Position numbers and translations under genes: made by a program. A DNA stretch of 42,507 bases. Origin: Escherichia phage glasur. Positions within the stretch are counted from its first letter, which is position 1. Each line of letters begins with the position of its first letter. Where the stretch lies: sequence record MN850583.1, one strand, 5' to 3'. Below are positions 15,624 to 23,374 of the stretch, piece after piece. A model generated the notes under the pieces. That model was not told where the DNA came from. It searched no databases and was given only the letters and a program-made list of their open reading frames with translations.

Positions 15624-16747
15624 TGACGAAGTTAAGTAACGCACAGCTCAAGGCAGATATCGCTGAGGGTCTTGGCACCACTGAGATTGCTGAGAAGCAT
15701 GACATGACCACTGGTGCTATTCGATACCGAAAGCGCCAGCTTGCCAAGAGCGGCTGGAGTCCTGAGCACGACATGACCAAGGAAGTGCCGGAGCCATACG
15801 CGGTTAAGGGTACGTCCACGCTGTACGATAAGGACGGCAACGTGGTCATGCAGTGGGTGAAGACTGCGCTCGACCGTGAGCAGGAGCTGGCCCTGCTGCA
15901 AGAAGCTGTGGATGCAATCAGCGAAACCATTACCCCGGAAGTGGCCCGGCCATTCAACGGCGGCCCGGCACCTGCTGAGCTGCTGAACCTGTTCATCCTC
16001 ACTGACTACCACCTCGGTATGCTGGCGTGGTCGGAGGAAACTGGTGATGACTGGGATATGAAGATTGCCGAAGACCTGCTGGTCAAGTGGTTCGCGGCAG
16101 CCATTGCCAGTGCGCCGCCAGCGCAGGTTGCTATCTTCGGACAGCTCGGTGACTTCCTGCACTGGGATGGGTTGGATGCAGTGACACCATCGAGTGGGCA
16201 TGTGCTGGATGCAGACACGCGATTCCAGAAGCTGGTGCGTGTGGCTATCCGGGCGCAGCGCCGTATCATCTCCATGCTGTTGGAGAAGTTCCCGCAGGTT
16301 CACGTAGTGTGTGCCGAGGGCAACCACGATATGGCCAGCTCAATCTGGATGCGCGAGCTGCTGCACGTACTGTACGCCGACGAGCCGCGTGTCACTGTTG
16401 ACCGCAGCCCTGACCCGTACTACTGCTATGAGCATGGCGAGACGGCACTGTTCTTCCACCATGGTCACAAGCGTAAGGCTGAGCAACTGGAGACTGTACT
16501 GGTTGCGAAGTTCCGCGAAGTGTATGGCCGAACCAAACATGCGTATGCACACGTTGGCCACCTGCATCACAAGAAGGTGCTGGAGTCTGCCGTCATGATT
16601 GTCGAGCAGCACCAGACGCTGGCAGCTAAGGATGCCTATGCTTCTCGTGGTGGCTGGCTGAGCGAGCGCAGCGCGAGCGTGATTACTTATCATGCCCGGT
16701 ACGGTGAGGTCGCACGATTCACCATTAGCCCGGAGATGTTGGAGTGA
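15620..16747 (+). CDS. Calcineurin-like metallophosphoesterase (putative DNA exonuclease) with N-terminal helix-turn-helix
   Basis: Metallophosphoesterase motifs ILTDYHLG (DxH), GQLGDF (GD), AEGNHD (GNHD), FFHHGH and VGHLHH. N-terminal LGTTEIAEKHDMTTGAIRYRKRQL resembles a helix-turn-helix. Confidence 0.7.
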   Translation: MMTKLSNAQLKADIAEGLGTTEIAEKHDMTTGAIRYRKRQLAKSGWSPEHDMTKEVPEPYAVKGTSTLYDKDGNVVMQWVKTALDREQELALLQEAVDAISETITPEVARPFNGGPAPAELLNLFILTDYHLGMLAWSEETGDDWDMKIAEDLLVKWFAAAIASAPPAQVAIFGQLGDFLHWDGLDAVTPSSGHVLDADTRFQKLVRVAIRAQRRIISMLLEKFPQVHVVCAEGNHDMASSIWMRELLHVLYADEPRVTVDRSPDPYYCYEHGETALFFHHGHKRKAEQLETVLVAKFREVYGRTKHAYAHVGHLHHKKVLESAVMIVEQHQTLAAKDAYASRGGWLSERSASVITYHARYGEVARFTISPEMLE

Positions 16748-16968
16748 GTAGGACACTGTATGAAGACAGTGTAGTGGAGCTTAAGTCTGATGGCCTCTCG
16801 ATTGACTGGGAGGCCCGGACGCAGGTTCAGCTATACGACGATGGCACCGTCTGCATTTCACAGGACGGCGATGAGGTATGGCTCCCATGGGCCTATGTCA
16901 AAGATATCATCTTTGCTTTGGAGGAAGCGCACGATGCACATGAAAGACACCGTAGTAGTAGACCTTGA
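16744..16968 (+). CDS. Protein of unknown function (74 aa)
   Basis: Track ORF with GTG start overlapping the upstream stop. No internal Met; overlaps the next gene by about 35 nt. Confidence 0.4.
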   Translation: MSRTLYEDSVVELKSDGLSIDWEARTQVQLYDDGTVCISQDGDEVWLPWAYVKDIIFALEEAHDAHERHRSSRP

Positions 16969-17437
16969 CGGCACGCTGGCTGATGGCCGTTGGCGTCTGC
17001 ACCTGCTGCCTCCACCGGAGCGCAGGCATCTGGATGAAGCGTGGGCCGAGTTCAACTTGGCTGGCGCTGACGACCCAGCGTTTCAGGACACGATTGATAT
17101 TGTGAACGCACTGGCCCTCACGTATCGCATTATCATTCTGACCGGACGCGGGGCCGTGGCCCGTGAAGTAACCGAGCAGTGGCTCGACGATAATGGTGTG
17201 GTGTACGACAAGCTCATCATGCGTGAGATTGGCGACTGCCGCAAAGACACTGAGATGAAGCGTGCAGCGCTGGAAGACATTGGCATTGAGAACATCGTCT
17301 GTGCCTTTGATGACCTGCCGCACATCGTGGACTTTATGCGCAGCCTCGGCATCACAGTGTACGAAGTAACCCGGTATGAAGACAACCATGAGTATGTCCA
17401 TGCCAATGCAAAATACGATGGGGATAAAGATGAGTAA
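16934..17437 (+). CDS. HAD-superfamily phosphatase-like protein (167 aa)
   Basis: N-terminal VVVDLDGTLADG carries the HAD motif I DxDGT. ATG at 16934 with GGAGGAA upstream, inside track ORF 16790..17437. Confidence 0.55.
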   Translation: MHMKDTVVVDLDGTLADGRWRLHLLPPPERRHLDEAWAEFNLAGADDPAFQDTIDIVNALALTYRIIILTGRGAVAREVTEQWLDDNGVVYDKLIMREIGDCRKDTEMKRAALEDIGIENIVCAFDDLPHIVDFMRSLGITVYEVTRYEDNHEYVHANAKYDGDKDE

Positions 17438-17966
17438 ACGTGGCGACCACTTCTGCCTGTGCATCGAGCGCGACTACAAAGACGCGCTGCTTAATGAGCT
17501 GCGCGATGCTGGTGTAGTGCTGACATACGACGAGCCTTACGATGTGCCGAACGACAGTCGTGATTACTACACCTGCGTATACAATGGCAGTACCAAAGTG
17601 CTGGTGCTTGAACCATTCGAAGTGCAGGCCGTGGAGAAATCATTCATCCCGGTAGAGCCGGAAGCTGGGCCGGGCGGTATGAAGTATGACGGCGGTAAGC
17701 CACGCATGGCCCTGCTGCTCGACGGCTGCCCGAATGCACTGGAGGCTGTGGCCAGCGTGCTGACCTTCGGCGCTCAGAAGTACGCAGCTCACTCATGGCA
17801 GACTGTGCCGGAAGGTGAGGAACGTTACAAGTCAGCGCTGCTCCGGCACCTGACTGCGGTGGGTAAGGGTGAGGAACTCGACCCGGAATCTGGCCTGCAC
17901 CATCTGGCGCACGCTGCTTGCAATGCACTGTTCATTCTCGAACTGGCTTTAAGGAAAACTAAATGA
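17430..17966 (+). CDS. Putative MazG-like nucleotide pyrophosphohydrolase domain protein (178 aa)
   Basis: C-terminal half (KYDGGKPR...VLTFGAQKY...RYKSALLRHL...ESGLHHLAHAACNALFILE) resembles, from memory, the phage dATP/dGTP diphosphohydrolase (MazG-like) domain. N-terminal half is of unknown type. Confidence 0.45.
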   Translation: MSKRGDHFCLCIERDYKDALLNELRDAGVVLTYDEPYDVPNDSRDYYTCVYNGSTKVLVLEPFEVQAVEKSFIPVEPEAGPGGMKYDGGKPRMALLLDGCPNALEAVASVLTFGAQKYAAHSWQTVPEGEERYKSALLRHLTAVGKGEELDPESGLHHLAHAACNALFILELALRKTK

Positions 17967-18142
17967 CTGCTTTACTTTACGTGATTGCTCTGGCATGGTT
18001 TGTATACTTCACGCTGGCCTGCGTGAGCGCCTGTAAATCGTACAACCTAAGCCACTACCCGGAACGCGCTGGGTCTGCTGGCTTCGTGGTGTGGGTGCTG
18101 CTGGCTGTACTGCCAACGTGGTTCATTTGTTACTTGGCATAG
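17963..18142 (+). CDS. Small membrane protein (59 aa, two predicted transmembrane helices)
   Basis: Below the track cutoff. ATG with AAGGAAA upstream. Hydrophobic LLYVIALAWFVYFTLACV and FVVWVLLAVLPTWFICYLA. Confidence 0.5.
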   Translation: MTALLYVIALAWFVYFTLACVSACKSYNLSHYPERAGSAGFVVWVLLAVLPTWFICYLA

Positions 18143-18147
18143 GAGAT

Positions 18148-18384
18148 ATGATGAGCAGATACCAACGAGCCATTGAGGACACCGTGGTTGAGAAAGGTGT
18201 GTGCGGGGCGTGCCACGGCTGTGGCACATTCACCAGCATGACCATTCGACACGAGCTTGTCCAAACTGAATGTGAAGCCTGTGGTGGCACGGGCGTGACT
18301 GACCCGGCACTGCAACGCTCAGTGCTGCGGGAACAAGGTATGCGCTGCCAAGTGCAGCCGGGCTATGACCAACCAACGGAGTAA
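18148..18384 (+). CDS. Small zinc-finger protein with two DnaJ-type CxxCxGxG repeats (78 aa)
   Basis: CGACHGCG and CEACGGTG motifs. ATG with TAGGAGAT upstream, inside track ORF 18091..18384. Sits immediately upstream of the RNA polymerase gene. Confidence 0.6.
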   Translation: MMSRYQRAIEDTVVEKGVCGACHGCGTFTSMTIRHELVQTECEACGGTGVTDPALQRSVLREQGMRCQVQPGYDQPTE

Positions 18385-20819
18385 TGATGGACTTACTTGC
18401 TGAGCAGATTCGACTGGAAGAAGAAGCGCGAGCCAGACACCGCGAGGGCTGGCTGGATAATATCAGAGAGGCGTTGGCCGCTGGCCGGGCTGGTTCAGTA
18501 CCATTGCTCCAGCGTATGATGGTTGAGGCGTATCCTCAAGTTGAAGCTGCGATGCAAGAACTCCTGAATGAAACTGCCCGTGGTTATGGTGCGCAGTACC
18601 GGACATACATGCGTGAGCTGGGGCCGCGTGCCTGCGCCTCACTCGCATTGAGCATGGCTGTGTCTGGTGCTGCTGCTGAGCAGGCAGTGCTTAACTTGCT
18701 CAAGGATATGGGCAAGGCTCTGATGGCTGAGGTAGTGTACCTTCGGGCCAAGGCAGCCGGGCCTGTGCAGGCTGCTTACATGGCCAAGGTTAAGACTGAC
18801 GTTAAGCGCTCACGTTCCAAGTCAGCTAACCATGTGTACAACAAGGCGAAAGCGTCGGCGGCTAACGTTGGCGTTGAGCTGGATATCCTGCCGCAGCGTG
18901 CGCTCATCACCATTGGTAAGATGATGATGAAGTGCATTGAGCCTACTGGTCTGCTGGTCACTATGCGCGTTGGCGGCAACCACCGTCAGCGTGGCACTGC
19001 GCACTTCGCACTGCATGAAGATGTGCTGGCAACGATGAAAGATTGGATGGACTTGCCACGGGCAGACGGCCTGTGCTGTCCTCCAATGATTATCCCGCCA
19101 GCGCAGATTGCACGCGATGGTCGTAGCGGTATGTGGCACTCTCCGGGGCAGGCGGCCATGTACCGGGCAATCAGTCGCATGAATCACCGAGGCTATCGTG
19201 CGCTGGGTGTTGACCCACTGCCCATCATAGAGCCGTGTATGATGCTCAGCAGCGTTCCGTACCGAGTTAACCCAATGGTACTGGAGTTCCTGAGAACGAA
19301 CCGTACAGGCGTTATGGGGCTGCCTGTGCCACCGCGTGAGCCTAAGCTCCCGTTCACTATCCCGGCAGGCGTCAGCTTCGCACAGTACATTAGCAAGTTC
19401 CCACCCGAAATGCAGCAGCAGATGGAGTCGGAAGCGCACGAGTACAAGGTGAAGACCCGTCTGTATTACAACGAGCTGCGCAAGTTCACGTCACAGATGC
19501 TGGCGCTGAACGGTGCAGTCAAAGAGGCCGAGCGCTATGCGCCATACGATAGGGTATATCTCCCGACTTACGCCGATACGCGGGGCCGAATTTATTATTC
19601 TTCGACCCTTAACCCTCAGTCCATCGACGCGGTGCGAGCGCTGCTCGAACTTGCTGAACCAGTGGCTCTCGGAAGTGAGGGGCTGTTCTGGCTCAAGGTA
19701 CATGTTGCGAATTGTTTTGGATACGACGCCACAGACTTCGACGACCGGGCAGCGTGGACGGACAAAACACTCCCCAGACTACGTGAGGCGTGCCGTCTTC
19801 CAGAGGCATTTGATTCGTTCTGGTCAGAAGCCGATAGCCCTATCTCAGCGTGGGCTGCTGCTGTTGAACTCATTCGAGCTATCGACTCAGGAAGTCCTGA
19901 GACTTATCCCTGCCGAGTGGTTACGCAGTGGGACGCTACATGTTCAGGACTCCAGCACCTCAGTGCGATGCTACGAGATGAGGTTGGCGGTGCTGCTGTC
20001 AATCTTGTCGATAGCGTGGGAAGAAAAGCAGACATATATCTCAAGACGGCAGCAGCGGCGATGCAGGCTCTTGAAGAAAGTGAAGCGGCTGCGCCGACGA
20101 CAATGGGTTCGTGGCTTGTTTCCATCGGCATTGTTCGGGCTATGGCCAAGAAGCCAGTGATGACCTACGTGTATGGGGCAACCCGGCACGGCATGGTTGA
20201 TTACTACTGCCTGTACCTGCGCGAGAACCGGGTCAAGCTGCCGGAGGGCAAGAGCCTGCTGGAGTGTGCTCAGTTCATTGCTGAGTTTATGTGGGCTGCT
20301 ATCCCTCGCGTCGTGCCGAAAGCTGCTGAGCTTATGGCATGGTTGCAGGCTATCGCAGTAGAGGCTGCGAGCATGGGTGAGTACGTGGAGTTCACTGCGC
20401 CGTCAGGTCTGCGTGTGGTCAATCTGTATCAGGCCAGCAAAGAGATTGCGCTGAACAACATCAACCTCATGGGTATCCACGGCATCAAGCTGCGCGAGTA
20501 TCTGGATAAGCCAGACGGTCGCAAGTGTGCCGCTGCGATTGCTCCGAATTTTGTACACGCTATGGATGCCAGTCACATGATGAAGGTTCTGTGGGAGATG
20601 TGGAATAACGGGGTATACATGGTATCCATCCACGACTCGTTCGGTGTAGCGGCAGCTCATGCCGGGCTACTGCACAAGGTCATACGTGAAAAGTTTGTGC
20701 AGATGTATGAGGAATGCGACCCTATTCAGCAACTTGCGTCAGCATATAACCGTGAAGCTCCAGCTCGCGGTAATCTGGACATCCAGCTTGTGAAGAAATC
20801 AAGCAAGTTCTTCTGCTGA
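18384..20819 (+). CDS. Single-subunit DNA-dependent RNA polymerase (T7 RNAP family)
   Basis: 811 aa. [29 protein letters not shown] matches the T7 RNAP [20 protein letters not shown] region, and VSIHDSFG matches catalytic motif C. Located at the end of the DNA metabolism module. Confidence 0.93.
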   Translation: [811 protein letters not shown]

Positions 20820-20844
20820 TTAAAGCATTGTATTCCTTGCTTAT

Positions 20845-20867
20845 TTATGAAAGTGACTATAGTGATA
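20845..20867 (+). promoter_or_regulatory. Phage RNAP promoter-like element TTATGAAAGTGACTATAGTGATA (reference copy)
   Basis: 16/23 identical to the T7 promoter TAATACGACTCACTATAGGGAGA in the same register, including ACTATAG at -7 to +1. Lies between the RNA polymerase gene and the structural module. Predicted +1 is the G at 20862. Confidence 0.6.
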
Positions 20868-20926
20868 GAATCACGCTACCGGTAGCCCCGTCAGTGGCGG
20901 GGGTGCTGCCACTCAGAGAGGATTGT

Positions 20927-21112
20927 ATGGGTAAAGAATCTCCATTAGATAGAGTAACATTCACTAAAGCTCAGTTAGCTCTACTGGAAAAGCACTTCGG
21001 TACATGGGTACAGGTAGGCAGAACAGTAACACCTGACACTAACCTTCCTCTCATTAACAGAGAAGCTGGTAAGCAGGATGTACTGGACTTCATCCGTGAA
21101 AGAGTGATTTGA
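20927..21112 (+). CDS. Small protein of unknown function (61 aa) with atypical AT-rich codon usage; moron-like
   Basis: ATG at 20927 with GAGAGGA upstream, inside track ORF 20828..21112. Uses AGA Arg and TTA Leu codons and is visibly more AT-rich than neighbouring genes. Flanked by copies of the promoter-like element. Confidence 0.55.
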   Translation: MGKESPLDRVTFTKAQLALLEKHFGTWVQVGRTVTPDTNLPLINREAGKQDVLDFIRERVI

Positions 21113-21134
21113 AATGAAAGTGACTATTATGGGA
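21112..21134 (+). promoter_or_regulatory. Phage-promoter-like element, divergent copy (aaATGAAAGTGACTATtaTGggA) overlapping the start codon of the next gene
   Basis: 14-nt core ATGAAAGTGACTAT is identical to the reference copy, but -1 and +1 differ (T and A instead of A and G), so function is doubtful. Confidence 0.3.
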
Positions 21135-21533
21135 AATACAACGCACACGACTATGCCTCTTGACATTCGGCGTGCGGTGGCCGAGGGCATACAAGCCGAG
21201 CGGCCTTGGTCAGACCTATCTCCCGATGTGATAGTCGAACGCATGTACGAGGCTACTGCCGCTGGTTGCGTTGACGTTTACATTACTGCTGACGACGATG
21301 GCCTCATGGCCGTTGCTCACATCGGCAGGTTATTCGATATTCATGTGGGCGAGATGGTGGTCGTTATGGCCTCATACGTCTGGCCCCAGTACAGAAACCG
21401 TGGAGTGATGCGTGCCATCCTCCGTGTACTCAAAGACGTGGCCCGTTCCGAGGGTGTACGTTGGTGCGGTTACTCCCACATGGTGCGGCCTTACGTTCAG
21501 GAGTACCGCTTCATAGATTTGGAGAAACCGTAA
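21114..21533 (+). CDS. Protein of unknown function (139 aa); weak GNAT-acetyltransferase-like motif
   Basis: ORF track. QYRNRGVMRAIL loosely resembles the acetyl-CoA-binding motif A. Start codon lies inside the promoter-like repeat, so the start is uncertain. Confidence 0.55.
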   Translation: MKVTIMGNTTHTTMPLDIRRAVAEGIQAERPWSDLSPDVIVERMYEATAAGCVDVYITADDDGLMAVAHIGRLFDIHVGEMVVVMASYVWPQYRNRGVMRAILRVLKDVARSEGVRWCGYSHMVRPYVQEYRFIDLEKP

Positions 21534-21793
21534 TGGGTAGCGTAGGTAAAGTTTTCAAGGGGATTGGCTCGGTCTTTGGACTCGGCAGCCAGAAACCCCA
21601 GTACACGATTAAGACTGACCCGAATCAGGTCAAGGCTGAAACCTTGAATGCGAACTTGCAGGCTGATTTGGCGAACGATAACACCCCAACGATTCAGGCA
21701 GGTGGTCAGGTTACTTCGGCCTCCGACACTTTATCGAGCCGACGCCGCCGCACCGGAACGGGTGTAGCAAGCAACCTCGGCATCGGGAGTTAA
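21533..21793 (+). CDS. Small protein (86 aa), probably a virion-associated protein upstream of the portal gene
   Basis: ATG at 21533 with GGAGAAA upstream, inside track ORF 21461..21793. Gly/Ser-rich; assignment is by position. Confidence 0.55.
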   Translation: MGSVGKVFKGIGSVFGLGSQKPQYTIKTDPNQVKAETLNANLQADLANDNTPTIQAGGQVTSASDTLSSRRRRTGTGVASNLGIGS

Positions 21794-21796
21794 CGA

Positions 21797-23362
21797 ATGG
21801 CATACGACGCGCAGAACGTCAGCTATGAATCGCTCTGGCAAAAGTACCGGGACAGTAACGTAGTCACCAAGGCTCGTGAGTACAGTCGTTACACGTTGGC
21901 CAAGCTGGTCAGTGAATACGACCGCGCCGAAGTAGACGACATGAACCGCCAGCAGATTACTCGTGACTACCAATCTGTCGGCGCTCTGCTCGTTAACAAC
22001 CTCGTCGCTCGACTGGGTGAGTTCCTGTTCCCGGCATCAGCCCGGTTCGTAAAGCTGAAACTCGATAAGGTGTCTGACCAACAGCGGCAGCAAATGTCCA
22101 AGGTTAATCAGGCACTCATCACTATTGAAAAGGGCATCGTAGACAAAGCCAAAGAGAATGGCGGCTACGCTGACCTGTTAATGACCATTGCCCAACAAGC
22201 AGTCACTGGTAACGCCGCGCTGTACCGCGATATGGAAACTGGAACGTACCGAGTGTACGGGCTGGAATCCTTCGTGGTGCAGCGCGACGGTCGTGGCGTT
22301 GTTACGGACGCCGTGGTCAAAGAACGCATCCAGTGGGATTCCCTCGACAAAGCGTTTCAGGACATGCTGAACGCCAAGGGCTTCCGCTGTGGTGGTAACA
22401 AACGTGTGTGGCTGTACACTCGCGTCCTCCGGGTTCGGAAGGACAGTGGGCTGTATGGCTATGAAGTAACGCAGCAGGTGGGCAACTACCAAGGCTGTGT
22501 CTACACCCCCGGTAAAGATTACTACCCTGAAAAAGTCTGCCCTTGGATTTTCCCAGTGTGGTCTTTGAAGTCTGGCGAGCATTATGGTCGCGGGATTGTC
22601 GAAGACCACGCTGGGGATTTCGCACGTCTGTCGATGCTGTCCGAGCACTCTGCTCTGTACATGCAAGAGGCGCTGCGTGTCCTGTGGATGCTGACTGGTT
22701 CTGGCGGCAACGTCGATGACATTGAATCCGCGCAGACCGGGCAGGTCGTACCTCTCCAGAATGGCACCACGCTGTCTGGTCTTGAGGTCGGGGATTACCA
22801 GAAAGTTCAACAGGCCCGTGACGAAATTAACCAGATTGTGCAGCGACTCGCGCAGGCGTTCATGTACACTGGTGAGTTCCGTGACTCGGAGCGTACCACC
22901 GCAACCGAAGTGCAGCAGGTAGCAACCAGCGCCGAACGTGGGCTGGGCGGCCCGTACTCGATGCAGGCAAAGACCCTCCAGATTCCTCTGGCATATGTCT
23001 TGCTCGCAGAGATTGACGAGTCCTCCGTACCTGACATTGTGGGTGATATCCTGACGCTTCAAGTTGAAGCTGGTCTGGATGCCCTCGGTCGCAGCATCGA
23101 AGCTGAGACGCTGATTCGTGCGCTCTCGGATTCGCAGGCAGCAATGGTTGCTGTCCAAAACATTAACGGCGTTGCCAACGTCATTGACCCGCAGAAGGTC
23201 ATTGAGGTTATCTTCGCTTCCAACGGCGTCGCGCTTGATGACTATCGTAAGTCAGCGCAAGACCTCGCAAATGAAGGTCAGCAAATCGACAGAGCAGCAG
23301 CCGCTGCCGCAGGCGTACAGCCGGGCGCAGTCGATGTAGCGCCGAACGTCGCTCAGATTTAA
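21797..23362 (+). CDS. Head-tail connector (portal) protein, T7 gp8-like
   Basis: 521 aa, at the canonical position before scaffold and capsid genes. GGGAG ribosome-binding site. Confidence 0.8.
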   Translation: MAYDAQNVSYESLWQKYRDSNVVTKAREYSRYTLAKLVSEYDRAEVDDMNRQQITRDYQSVGALLVNNLVARLGEFLFPASARFVKLKLDKVSDQQRQQMSKVNQALITIEKGIVDKAKENGGYADLLMTIAQQAVTGNAALYRDMETGTYRVYGLESFVVQRDGRGVVTDAVVKERIQWDSLDKAFQDMLNAKGFRCGGNKRVWLYTRVLRVRKDSGLYGYEVTQQVGNYQGCVYTPGKDYYPEKVCPWIFPVWSLKSGEHYGRGIVEDHAGDFARLSMLSEHSALYMQEALRVLWMLTGSGGNVDDIESAQTGQVVPLQNGTTLSGLEVGDYQKVQQARDEINQIVQRLAQAFMYTGEFRDSERTTATEVQQVATSAERGLGGPYSMQAKTLQIPLAYVLLAEIDESSVPDIVGDILTLQVEAGLDALGRSIEAETLIRALSDSQAAMVAVQNINGVANVIDPQKVIEVIFASNGVALDDYRKSAQDLANEGQQIDRAAAAAAGVQPGAVDVAPNVAQI

Positions 23363-23374
23363 TTTGGAGATTAC

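Noticed and set aside
22178-23158. Minus-strand ORF (326 aa) antisense to the portal gene
   Set aside because: Same reasoning: antisense to a confident gene, no start context.
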